DNA from: Octopus sinensis
Taxonomy: Eukaryota
DNA: 64,000 nucleotides
Direction of reading: 5' to 3'
Assembly: GCF_006345805.1 (NCBI RefSeq)
Contig: NC_043001.1
Span: forward strand, 109,492,001-109,556,000
In this document: positions 27,206-38,922 of the stretch, piece after piece
Layout of the letters: each line of letters starts with the position of its first letter
Position numbering within the stretch: position 1 is the first letter of the stretch
Position numbers and translations under genes: made by a program
The notes under the pieces: model-generated
What the model was told of the DNA's origin: nothing
The model's database searches: none
Seen by the model: only the letters and a program-made list of their open reading frames with translations

Positions 27206-28025
27206 TATCTGTCGCCGGGGTGGATAATGAATTATGCGTGAAGAATACAACAAAATATATACAATGCAGAAACACTCCAGCAGCACTTGATATAGCAAAA
27301 TGAACATTATGCCATTTATTCTTTTACACAGACTCGTGTACAAATATGTATGCTTTTATGCATATATGCGTACAAATATGCAAGTATAAGGCTGTTCTTT
27401 TCCTTAATGGCATGTGAAATTTTCAGAATACACGATCCATGAAATTATCTTCTCTTCTTAAGTGCAGCTGGTTCTAATTGCCATTTGGTAATTATGAAAC
27501 ATCTTCGGGAGACTATTAATTTTAATGCCTAAAGGATTTGTTGTACTGTATTTGCTGTGCACGTAGTTGTCTAAATTCAAATACATGCCACTGGTCACTC
27601 TGATGTATTTCTCGCAGATTATTTTGGTTAAATGTTGTATATTATCTAGGCCGTTTTGGATGTTTCTAAGCCTTCTGGTTACTGAAATTAAGGTTGGACA
27701 ACTGTCGGGCTGTTGGAATTTAATGAGGCTGAAACACGTGTTAACGGCTGTCCTTGTATCTTTCGAAAATAAAGCCAATCCTTTAGCTTAATGACTTGTC
27801 AACTTTGAAGCCTTCTGGATTCTCGAGATTTATCGCTCATTCTCTTATGGATCTGCTTTTGATTGCCGTTTGGCAATCGTGAAAAATCATCTGGAGGTGG
27901 CGATCAATTTAAAATATATCAAGGAAATACGTTGTGTAGTATTTGACATATTTGTATTTGCCTATGGTGTTCAAAAACATATTACTGGTCACTCTGTGTT
28001 ATCAATCTCTGCTCATATTTGTATT

Positions 28026-28072
<47 letters not shown>

Positions 28073-28694
28073 CCACTCACACACGCACACACACATATGA
28101 GATTATATGCTGTTTGGTGGCGCAGATCAATTTAAAACGAAACATCGTTATTATGCTCGTTATGGGACAATCGTTTATTCTCCTTTCCCGCATATTATTA
28201 ACTCAGAATAACTAATTGAATGCTTATCGAAGTAACCCGAAACAGTTATTGAATAATACTTAGAAGTAAGATACAATGTTTTCCAAAGCAATATAGCTAT
28301 GTGATTCAACAGCTATGCAAACGATTGCTCGTGTGTGATGTGATAAACAAACAATGTGAATCAATACAATATATCGCCTGTTATACCAAATGCAATTGAT
28401 CAAATACCATAAAGCATACACTCCATGCAGACTATTAATGGAAGTCGATGCACATTTAAAGTAGCAATACAGAAATTTAAGTTGATAATAGCGTCGTCGT
28501 GAAAGTCAACATAAATATGCATAAATACAGCTTGTAGATAAATTCGGTTAATGCATCTCATGATGAGAGGAGATGAAAGAAGATTTCTTTTCAATGTTGA
28601 ATGTATAGTGCTGCAATGGATTAGGGAAAGTAAACGAGAAATATGCAAGAAGCTGTAAAAACTGAGGAAATGGCACGTGGCTCTTATTTTAAGC

Positions 28695-29606
28695 CAGTGA
28701 TTCTTAACTATTTTGTTTTTTTTACCTATAGTCTCCTTAGACTAATATTTTATTCTGGTAGGCCCCACCATAACCATGTGATGTTTAGAAACTAGTTTTA
28801 AAAATATTGGGTTGTCCGGAAAGTTCGTGCCGATTTTAAAACGAAAGAAAAAGGTCAATAAATGCTTGCCATTACATTTTTAATCAACCAAATATGAACC
28901 ATTCTGTTGCACAATGCGTCTCCATCTTTCCTTTAACTTGAAAATACCCTCTTCCCAGAATTGAGGTGGTTTCATGGCAAAGAATTCATCAAGGTATCTT
29001 TTTACGTCATCCAAGGAATTGAAATTTTTACCATTAAGACTATTCTGCAGAGACCTGAATAAGTGGAAATCTGAAGGAGCAATATCTGGTGAATATGGAG
29101 GGTGGGGTAACACATCCCAGCCGAGCTGCAGCAATTTTTGTCTGATTTCCAAAGCATCAAGTACCGAAAATGAACTTTCTTATCTTCCATTTTAGAGGGT
29201 TACAGAATTAACACAGGTTATAGGAACATAAACCTTCTTTCACGAAAAGATAGCTTAAACTGTGCTCTAAATGGAGGTGTTGTCAAATCCTAGTTTATGA
29301 ACTCAACGATGTTCTAAAATAAGTCGAAAGTTAAGCTAGTATAAATCGGCACGAACTTTCTGGACAACCCAACACTTCTTTCAAAAGTCTTACGTTTAAG
29401 TTGAACATGTCGTCAGAGAAAAACGTCAGAGAAAAACGTCAGAGAAAGAAACGTTGCTGTTTTTTTGCTATAAATACATCTAACGCAAAGCTTTTTCATG
29501 AACCCGTAAAATACTACTGTCGAACTAATTTTCTGTTTTACTTGTGCGGAACCCCGAAAATTTTATATGGACCACAAGGTCAACTGCACCCCGGTGAGAA
29601 ACTCTG
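28695..29606. mobile_element. hAT-type MITE hosting the mariner derivative
   Basis: Termini cagtgattcttaac / (rc) cagagtttctcacc; perfect 8-bp TSD ttttaagc at 28687-28694 and 29607-29614. Confidence 0.8.
28807..29372 (-). mobile_element. Internally deleted mariner element
   Basis: 30-bp TIRs ttgggttgtccggaaagttcgtgccgattt; TA on the left flank; transposase N-terminus MEDKKVHFRYLMLW joined out of frame to the C-terminus with HPPYSPDIAPSDFHLF. Confidence 0.93.
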
Positions 29607-30013
29607 TTTTAAGCTGAAATGGGCTTATAACAAGAATTTGCTTTAGCAGTAATTCTGTGGAATAAAGCTCGATATTAAGATATTTTGCTGTTTGTTGTTA
29701 AGCTGCTTAAATCTAAAGAATGGTGCGATGATATACGTTACCTCCCTTGAATGACTCTTGTTTGATTCTGCTAAAATTGGTTGACTATAGTTGTTACATT
29801 AGTTCCTTGCCAACCAGACTCTGTCACCAGTCTCCTTGTTTCTAACATTGCTTATCACGGTAGTCTACATCGATGGAGTGCATTTTTAAAACATTTACAC
29901 ACACACACACACACGCACACACACACACACACACACATACACACAACTATATGCAAATCTATGTGTGCATATATTTATATATGTATACATACATATATTT
30001 TAGGAGGAGGAGT

Positions 30014-30852
30014 AGGCGCAGGAGTGGCTGTGTGGTAATGGCTGTGTCGTAAGTAGCTTGCTAACCAACCACATGGCTCCGGGTTCAGTCCCACTGCGTG
30101 GCATCTTGGGCAAGTGTCTTCTGCTATAGCCCCGAGCCGACCAATGCCTTGTGAGTGGATTTGGTAGACGGAAACTGAAAGAAGCCTGTCGTATATATGT
30201 ATATATATATATGTGTGTGTGTTTGTGTGTTTGTCCCCCTAGCATTGCTTGACAACCGATGCTGGTGTGTTTACGTCTCCGTCACTTAGCGGTTCGGCAA
30301 AAGAGACCGATAGAATAAGTACTGGGCTTACAAAGAATAAGTCCCGGGGTCGATTTGCTCGACTAAAGGCGGTGCTCCAGCATGGCCGCAGTCAAATGAC
30401 TGAAACAAGTAAAAGATAAAAAAATAAAAAAAGAAGATACATGTATATACTCCATCTTTACTCTTTTACTTGTTTCAGTCATTTGACTGCGGCCATGCTG
30501 GAGCACCACCTTTAGTCGAGCAAATCGGCTCCAGGACTTATTCCTTATAAGGCTAGTACTTATTCTATCGAGCTCTTTTGCCGAACCGCTAAGTTACGGG
30601 GACGTAAACACACCGGCATCAGTTGTCAAGCGATGTTGGGGGGGGACAAACACAGACACAAACACACACACATATATATATACATATATACGACGGGCGT
30701 ATTTCAGTTTCCGTCTGCCAAATACACTCACAAGGCTTAGGTCGACCCGAGGCTATAGTAGAAGACACTTGCCCAAGGAGCTACGCAGTGGGACTGAACC
30801 CGGAGCCATGTGGCTGGTAAGCAAGCTACTTACCACACAGCAACCCCTGCCC
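30014..30852. mobile_element. Tail-to-tail inverted pair of family A SINEs
   Basis: Plus copy ~30014-30412 and minus copy ~30460-30852 separated by a short A-rich spacer. Confidence 0.85.
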
Positions 30853-30854
30853 TC

Positions 30855-30890
<36 letters not shown>

Positions 30891-30954
30891 ATATACATAT
30901 ATACATACTGATATATATATATATATATATAATATATATATATATACACATACA

Positions 30955-31290
30955 TGCTGTGCCATACCGTTTCACCCCTCTCAGCACGCTTTCTGCATTT
31001 GTCGTTGCCGGTAGTGTTTCCTATTCTGCTCTTCACATACTTAGTCCTTAATGCATGTTCTTCAGCTGCGCATATGAGTGCTTCTGTACCTATCTTCGGG
31101 TCATTCCTCCTCCTCCTCCTCCATATCTACATGTCCTCTGTATCTGTCTCGGCGTTCACATCTCTTGCAAACTGACCATACATTTTTCCTCCCATGCTTT
31201 TTCTTTTTTCTGTTCATTTCTTCTTTAATTTTCCTTTGAGTACACAATTTTCAGTTTTCATGATGCCGGCCTTTTTCGTATGTTTCAGTA
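30955..31290 (-). mobile_element. R4/Dong-like LINE fragment (post-RT region and zinc-knuckle start)
   Basis: WEEK/MYGQF...IW...GTEALICAAEEHALRTKYVKSRI...DKCRKRAERGETVWH, matching the HGQF...AAQEQALRT...CRxC...ETVxH pattern. Confidence 0.75.
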
Positions 31291-31346
31291 ATGGATTACG
31301 CCGGCTTTCCACTTCTTCTTCTTCTTCTTCTTCTTTTTTTTTTTTT

Positions 31347-31440
31347 TGAGTGGAACGCAGCGCGTGCTATCAAAGTGTCTCTGGGGTACAAATATACGAA
31401 ACCCAGTATTTCTTTCACGACTCCCGGTCTGATCTCAATG
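31347..31440 (-). mobile_element. Diverged relative of the family D 3' end
   Basis: gagtggaacgcagcgcgtgctatcaaagtgtctctggggtacaaatatacgaaacccagtat aligns with the family D terminus; its tail is A-run plus (GAA)n. Confidence 0.6.
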
Positions 31441-32041
31441 GCTCAGAAAACATCACAGTTATACTCTCTATGTGATTCTCTCTTTCCACACATACACACA
31501 CACACGACATCCGATAGTCTGGTACATTCTTTTCACAGATTCAGTTTTGATTTTGGTCAATATTTTATATTTTCCACTTTAAATATTTTCTGCTACAAAA
31601 TCATCATTTTGTAGTTTCTATTTCGGCTTTTCGTTCCCCGTATATTATCTTTTCGACTCACTTAGTTTGTAATGAAGTAGACTACACTTGAAACCAACAC
31701 TTAAATTAGAATAGATTGTAATTTTTTAAAACGATTTATTGAATATTTTCAAGACTAAATATTAAAATTTCGAGTGACAAGAAAGTGAATTTCTCTCCAA
31801 ACAAAAATTAATATATTAATGAACTTTAAGATAGAAAATATTGAACAGAATCTACGTAAGAGTTTAATGAAGCAACTGTGACATCAATTAAAATAATCGA
31901 AGAGAAACAAATCAAAGCGTGTATAAACACTTTAATAATTTTAATTCACACGTACCATACGTATGTTGTAGGAATTTACAGATAGTGGAAAGAACCTATC
32001 TTTAGGGATATAAAACAAAACTCAATATCATGACGATATAC

Positions 32042-32128
<87 letters not shown>

Positions 32129-32367
32129 CGCATTTGGGGATGGTCATCTTGCCAGTTTAACCAATGAAAACACACGCACTATATATTTGGTGTTTTGCTT
32201 CAGCGTTATTTGATATCAACTGTACTTGTACCTTTTGGTTTTTAAATTGCGAATAGCCGTCTTAATTATTTACAGACACACAGACACAGACGCGCGCGTT
32301 TATAAATTCGTTTTGCAAAATTCTTGATGTGAATTCGTGTATCGAAACTGATATTGTTGCATTTCGT

Positions 32368-32508
32368 CACACTTCTGTGACCTCATCAGTGGTCCTTTGC
32401 TTTCTTCTTTCTTTTTTTTTTTGCGTCTCTCCGGCAGATCGTTGGTAAGGAGAGACACAAAAAAGAAAGAAGAAAGCGAAGGGCCACAGACGAGGTCACA
32501 GAAGTGTG
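32368..32508. other. Long imperfect inverted repeat / hairpin (~60-bp stem, 16-nt loop)
   Basis: 32368-32432 (cacacttctgtgacctcatcagtggtcctttgctttcttctttc T11 gcgtctctcc) is the reverse complement of 32449-32508 apart from 5 substitutions and a T-run bulge. Confidence 0.9.
32438..32444 (+). other. Candidate 7-nt microexon (ATCGTTG)
   Basis: Preceded by a long pyrimidine tract and CAG, followed by GTAAGG. Its last G completes GTG with the TG opening the large exon (ATC GTT G|TG ACT). Confidence 0.35.
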
Positions 32509-32730
32509 TCCAAAAAACTCTGGCCGAAATACAATTAATATAAAAAATAAAGATGAAGCAAGTGAACACCAAATATATAGTGCATGTGGGTTTTCACTGA
32601 GATCTAAGCACATTCCAGAATATGTATACTGTTAAAGCACTTGGGGCCTACACGAAATAACTATCAAACGAATCTGCTTAAACATTTCTCTTATAAACTA
32701 ATAAAGACTTTCATATTAATGTGCATTTAT

Positions 32731-32762
32731 CTAATTATAAACTTTTTATTTTCTCTTTGCAG
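32731..32762 (+). other. 3' splice site of the large coding exon
   Basis: Branch-point-like CTAAT at 32731-32735, pyrimidine tract ctttttattttctcttt, then GCAG. The AG (32761-32762) overlaps the 'GTG start' of the ORF track, implying a phase-1 intron. Confidence 0.85.
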
Positions 32763-35641
32763 TGACTGGAGTTGGAACCAAGCTGACATTACATGGCATC
32801 TCATTTCTTTATAGCCTATTTGCTGTTATCTTCATATTACCTGGGGTCAAGTCTTACAATGTGACGTTGAACACTACAACATTTGTCGCTAATTCTAGTT
32901 GTAACATATATTTCTCTGAACCGGAATTCGCAAAGGAATTCATGGTGATTTATGAACATGTAGAGTTGGTGAATATACGGGTGGATTTCCCATCTAATTT
33001 TATAAATCCTTTGTTCGAAGTCAAAGATTATTATAATCCAGAAATTTGGTATTTATCAACGTACGAGCACGGTTTAACTCTACTGAAACTCCCTTTTCAG
33101 CATACATTTTTCTCGTTATCCACTTTAGAAAGGAGCGTGAGGTATATAGATTTACGCCTCCGAGACTCACCTCCGCGCTGTCTGCAGGAACTGCCGTTTC
33201 ATGAAAGGATGAATGTGGTTCGCAAATTTCAGTTTGATCATCTAAAGCAGGATAAGCAGCTGGGCTACGTATCTATTTGTAATCAGATAATAAAATCTAA
33301 AGAAGGGCATGCCGAATTTGTTAATTTCTGTTGTAAGAAAAATAACGCTGGTAAGATAGTATGTCACGAGGAAGATATAGGAATCTGGGTATCGATACTG
33401 TTCTGGCTGCTTGCGGCTTTGCGACTGATTATCTTACTATTCTCGCCACTACTGCTTCCACAAAGCATGTACAACGCAGCATATGTCATGTCTGAATATA
33501 CAGTTAAACTAAAATCTCCTTTTCTCTTGAACTTATTTGTGTCAACCAATGAAGACTGTATTGTTCGATACAAGAAACGCTTGGTGAACTCAGACATTAA
33601 ATCTTGGAACAAATTTAACCATTTAATTCAATATATACCTCAAGAGAAAGTCGTTCCAGTACAAATTAGTGAACTGAACATCAAAGTTAAAGGAAAAAGA
33701 ATCGTTGAAGGAAACTATCCGCCATCTGGTCTAATGAAATCTTTATACGATAATTTCATTCGATGCAAAGTCAAAAACATAGAAACCTTTACAGATTGTT
33801 GCGAAAGTAGTATTTACGGAAAATGTGTGGATCTGTTCATTAATTACAACATCACGTGGCATACATGCATGAAGACATTTATCAAATTAGTGATGCTGTT
33901 ATTACTTCCATTGCCATATTATATCAGAGTAGTAATTTATTACATATTCGAAGAACCTGTGTTTAATTTTCGCCGTATGTTCGTTGCAGCAAACAGACTG
34001 GATGTATCATATAATTTCGTATCACAAACATTTTTACAATACTTTTCTCCAACTCATCCTATATTCATTACAACATATTTGTGTTATATCTTATCTGGTT
34101 TTATAATTGGCTTCGCTAATCCAAGCGGCAGAGAAATACTAAAAGGTGTCATACGAGGTTCTCTGCAAAATATGCGCGATGTAACTTATGTTGGAGGCGT
34201 TGAGATGATTACAAAACTTGCCTTGAACCCTTTTAAAACATTCGGTATTCTTGGTTTATTACTAGCCCCAGTATATTGGCTGTTCGTTATACCATTAGGA
34301 TGTGTATTGTTTTTTATATATAGCATTCCAATCATTTACTTAATCACTGCAATATTTCGACACACCATACGGGCTTTTCCGCTATTTGAGAAGAAAAGGC
34401 ATCTTCTCCCCAAACGAGCATCACGAAAGATCAAAGAGTTAACCGAGTCGATGAAGGCAAAATTTAAAAATGATTTGTATTATTATAAAGAAACAGAACC
34501 AACTAGATCAGAACAGGTCGTCAAGATAATAAAGTTATGTGCTGTAACTTCTTATTGCATAACTGTTCTCTTCTCATTTACTCTCCTTGTAAGCGAATGT
34601 CTTGCTTTTCTGTTACAAGTAGCAACATATACAATGATGGGATTCATAGTAAATGCCTCTTCCCTTCTTAAATATGTAACCATGGCTCTTCTTGTTATTG
34701 TTTATATGCACGACTGTTATCAGGACGTATATCAAAATTACGTGACGTTCACGAAGGAAATAATTGACGCTTTAATGGACAGAGCAGAAAATATCAAAGA
34801 AGTCGCATCTCAGTCAGCTGATGTTCAGGAAAATGCTGCTTTCCAAGTTTCCCTGCCAACGGATGTTACACCGATTTCAACAAATTTCAACAACGATAAA
34901 GGAGAACCTAGATGGAACGTCGGGCATTTATCCATTTTCTTAGACAAATACGATACTCCAAGAATGCCATTGAGATTATTTAAAGATATGTGCGACATAA
35001 GGACCTGGGGTTCACCAGGACCTGTTTATATAAATTTGCTTATAGCGACAAGAAAGTTTCTTACAATAGTTGTTTTTCTTGCCTTTGTATTAGTTGTTGT
35101 ACTAGCTTTTGGTAATGTCTACAGGGTTTCATCAACAAACCAAACATTAGCAGCAATGGCAGGGGGATTTGTTCCTCTGCTGCTAAAAAATGTCCTCTCC
35201 TCGCGTGTCTTAAAATTAAATTTAAAAACATTAGCCTTTAAGGGCCAGTTGGATGAGGTGTTATCTGCATATAGACAAAATTGGCCTATTAGCGATCTTG
35301 TTTTCGATTGGGGAGAAAATATCGCCCCAAGTGTATCAAATGAAAATGGTTTAAGTGTTACCGATATTAGCAGCAATGATCTCCTAAATAAATTTGAAGA
35401 AACATTCACGAATTCTGATACTAATCCATTTCATAACAAGGAATCATTGAAAACATCATCAAATATTGACGGATCAATAGGCGAATTACATTACAATAGT
35501 GACGAGATCGATCTGTTTATCGATCTCACATCGACGATAAATTCAGACACGTGGCTAGAGACACCTCATGATTCACACCCCGATTTGACCTTAAGCCATA
35601 TTGTTACTGTACCTCCACCTTATTCTGTCAAACATTTATAA
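32763..35641 (+). CDS. Large terminal coding exon of an uncharacterised multi-pass membrane protein (signal peptide, 6-Cys ectodomain, ~10 TM segments, C-terminal PPPY motif)
   Basis: 959-codon uninterrupted ORF with normal composition amid repeat DNA. Hydrophobic leader ending LPGVKS; sequons NVT/NTT/NSS; hydrophobic blocks such as IWVSILFWLLAALRLIILLFSPLLL, FGILGLLLAPVYWLFVIPLGCVLFFIYSIPIIYLITAIF and FLTIVVFLAFVLVVVLAFG; TAA at 35639-35641. No ATG precedes the signal peptide, so the N-terminus should come from an upstream exon. Confidence 0.93.
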
Positions 35642-35880
35642 TCCACTGTCAACATTATCATAAAGAAATATCAAAAAATATTTGTGGTTTTTTTCTCTGA
35701 TTTTTTTTTTCTGTGATATTTTTTAATGTAACCGTGTATTTATTTGAAAATTTTATTCACAGAGTTGCAGCTCATCAAAAAATATTGTAAACCATGTCAG
35801 CTCTCATAGAACGGAATATCAATCAAAATATTTTTAAGAGTGCCTTTCACAACTTGTTATAGTGTATCCAATACAACATT

Positions 35881-36205
35881 GTGGAGGCGCAATGGCCCAG
35901 TGGTTAGAACAGCGAACTCACGTTCGGAAGATCACAGTTTCGATTCCCAGGCCGGGCGTTGTGTGTGTGAGTGTGTGTGTTTATTGAGCGAAAACACCTA
36001 AAAGTTCCACGAGGCTCCAACAGGGGGTGGTGGCGACCCCTACTGTACTCTTTCGCCCCATCTTTCTCTCACTCTTTCCTCCTGTTTCTTGAGTAACGCT
36101 GCGATGGACTGGCGTCCCATCCAGCTGGGGGGAACACATACGCCACAGAAACTGGGAAACCGGGCCCATGAGCCTAGATAAGCTTGAAAAGGGCGCATAA
36201 ATAAA
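35881..36205 (+). mobile_element. SINE family C head with a V-domain-like body
   Basis: ctgcgatggactggcgtcccatccag motif. Relatives: 48512-48730(+); variant head at 4408-4697(-) and 16143-16399(-). Confidence 0.75.
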
Positions 36206-36422
36206 ATACATTACCAAATGCATTCATCCAGTTTTGTAAGTTTAAGCCAGATGTATAACACTGACATATTTACAAATTGCAATGAAACTGCATAATGTAT
36301 TTTCACACAAAGACATAAACTCGAAAGATAAACCAATTAAACTAAGATTCATCAAGAATTGTGAGAAACCCTCACCCGAAACCAGGGTCATAGTATATCG
36401 GGCATTCCCATATCTGCTACAT

Positions 36423-37126
36423 CAGAGTTTCTCAAACTTTTTGGCCCCCCCACCCCTCATAACCACATAATACGCTCAGTGCTCCACCCCTATTTTTATA
36501 TATAAATAAATATTTTATATTTTATTAATTTATATGTACAATGAATCATTTGATATTTAATATATTATATGATTTGTGTGGAGGCGCAATGGCCCAGTGG
36601 TTAGGGCAGCGGACTCGCGGTCGTAGGGTCGCGGTTTCGATTCCCAGACCGGGCGTTGTGAGTGTTTATTGAGCGAAAACACCTAAAAGCTCCACGAGGC
36701 TCCGGCAGGGGATGGTGGTGATCCCTGCTGTACTCTTTCACCACAACTTTCTCTCACTCTTACTTCCTGTTTCTGTTGTACCTGTATTTCAAGGGGCCGG
36801 CCTTGTCACTCTCTGTGTCACGCTGAATATCCCCGAGAACTGCGTTAAGAGTACGCGTTTCTGTGGAGTGCTCAGCCACTTACACGTTAATTTCACAAGC
36901 AGGCTGTTCCGTTGATTCGGATCAACCGGAACCCTCGTCGTCGTAACCGACGGAGTGCTTCCATGTCCATATGATTTGTATACAATACTATAACAATATT
37001 ATAATAAATTCATAGCGTCCCCCAATCCACTGTCTTACTCACAACGCCTCCTTTTTCTCTATCAGCAGCCACCTGGACCGTCTCAACGCCCATCAGGGGC
37101 GGTAGCGCCCACTTTGAGAACCTATG
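36423..37126. mobile_element. hAT-type MITE hosting a full-length SINE
   Basis: Termini cagagtttctcaaact / (rc) cataggttctcaaagt; 8-bp TSD tgctacat / tgctagat (7 of 8). Confidence 0.75.
36578..36968 (+). mobile_element. Full-length SINE family C with TSD
   Basis: Same structure as 21817-22198; 11-bp TSD atatgatttgt at 36567-36577 and 36969-36979. Confidence 0.92.
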
Positions 37127-37168
37127 TGCTAGATGAAACCTATCGCTATATAGCGTATACCTAATATG

Positions 37169-37785
37169 TCATCATCATCATCAACGTCGTCTAACGTCCG
37201 CTTTCCATGCTAGCATGGGTTGGACGGTTTGTCTGGGGACTGTCAAGCCAGGTGGAAGAACCAGGCTCCAAACTGATCAGGCAACGTTTCTATAGCTGGA
37301 TGCCCTTCCTAACACCAACCCTTCCTAAAGCACCCACTACACCCTCAGGGTGTAGTGGGGGCTATTTTACGTACTATTGGCACGGGAGCCAGTCAGGCGG
37401 CACTGCTATCGTCCACGTTAGGATGGTGCTTCTTATGTGCCACCAGCACAGGAGACAGTTGGGACTATGGGACAGGCATCCACCACGTCAGGATGGTACT
37501 TTTTACGTGCCACCGGTACGAGAAGCCAGTCAGGCGGCACTGGCAACGTCTCCCGAATCAATGGTGCTTATTGCATGCCACCAGTATGGGAACCAGTCAG
37601 GCGGCACTGGCATCAGCCACAACTACAATTTCCATATTATGTGATTTGATTTTGATATTGATTTACTTCACTCAATAGGTCTTCTCAAGCACGGCATGTC
37701 GCTCGACGATCCAATGGTATTTTTTAAAGTGGGCTGGTTATGTGAAACTGGTAGAGGCTACGGCTGTGATCTCACTTTACTTGCC
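37169..37785 (-). mobile_element. Retroposon family E with internal tandem repeats and (TGA)n tail
   Basis: Four imperfect ~62-70-bp units (gccagtcaggcggcactgg); ggttggtgttaggaagggcatccagc block; 3' ...ccaacccatgctagcatggaaagcggacgtt then (gat)n. Confidence 0.75.
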
Positions 37786-38566
37786 GGGCCTTTATCAATG
37801 TACTAAAAGCACTTGAATGAGTTAACTTGTTTTATTGCAATTGTCTCATTACGTGTCTGTATTGTGATGTAAATATAATATAGTCAGGTGTGTTGTATGC
37901 ACAACATCCATAAAATTATATTATAGTTGCGCGACTACTAACTGACCAGGTATTTAAAAGATTGTATAAATTGTAATCCGGATAGGTTTGAAAGTACCGA
38001 AACGTACTACATGATATTAAGGATATTATTCATATTACATTAATCACTGCACCGTGTTTACAACACAATAAAAAACTCTAAGTGAAATAATTTTAGCAGT
38101 ACTAGATAACCCATTCGGCTGTTTTTATTAAGTTTCTATGGAATGCTTAAGCTCTCATTCATCGTAGGATAATTCTGGATTCGCAGATTGGCTGTGTGGT
38201 AAGAGACGGAGTGGCTATGTGGTAAGTAGCATGCTTACCAACTACATGTTTCCGGGTTCAGTCACACTGAGTGGCACTTTGGACAAGTTTCTTCTACTAT
38301 AGCCTCGGGCCGACCAAAGCCTTGTGAGTGGATTCGGTAGACGGAAACTGAAAGAAGACCGTCATATATATATATATATATATTATATATTTATATTTTT
38401 ATTTATTTATATGTATGTATAAAGTGAAAATTGAAGGCGCAGAAGTGACTGTTTCCGGGTTCAGTCGTACTGTGTGGCACCTTGGACAAGTGTTTTCTAC
38501 TATAGCTTCAGGCCGACTAAAGCCTTGTGAGTGAATTTGGTAGATGGAAACCGAAAGAAGCCTGTC

Positions 38567-38598
<32 letters not shown>

Positions 38599-38615
38599 TA
38601 TATATTATATATATC

Positions 38616-38659
<44 letters not shown>

Positions 38660-38922
38660 TATGACTGTCTTCTGGGTTTGTTCCCCGACATCGCTTGACA
38701 ACTGATGTTTGTAGTTTCTGTCCCCGTAACTTAGCGGTTCGGAAAAAAAGACCGATAGAATAAGTACTTACAAAAAATAAGTCCTGGACGTCGATTTGCT
38801 CGATTACAAAGGCGGGGCTCCAGCATGGCAGCAGTCAAATGGCTATTTGAATGTGTGATTTGAATCATAATGTGTAGGTATTAATTTTGGTGAGCATCAC
38901 TTTGATATACCTCGATCCTTAA

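Noticed and set aside
27458-27791. Overlapping 106-aa and 74-aa ORFs in non-repetitive sequence
   Set aside because: No recognisable motif, closed by an upstream stop, and no convincing splice sites; cannot be supported as an exon.
32553-32600. ATG AAG CAA... as the missing first coding exon
   Set aside because: Not in frame with the large exon without splicing, and the nearby gtgggt donor is phase 0, which would create a TGA at the junction.
32762-32764. GTG start codon assigned to the 959-aa ORF
   Set aside because: It overlaps a strong splice acceptor (branch point, pyrimidine tract, CAG); the G belongs to the intron.
37972-38011. Additional hammerhead-like remnants (also ~20960-21050, 41170-41195, 45790-45815, 49605-49640, 56245-56280)
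   Set aside because: Each keeps only part of the motif (GAAAC or stem II) with a broken core or stem I; too degenerate to call individually.
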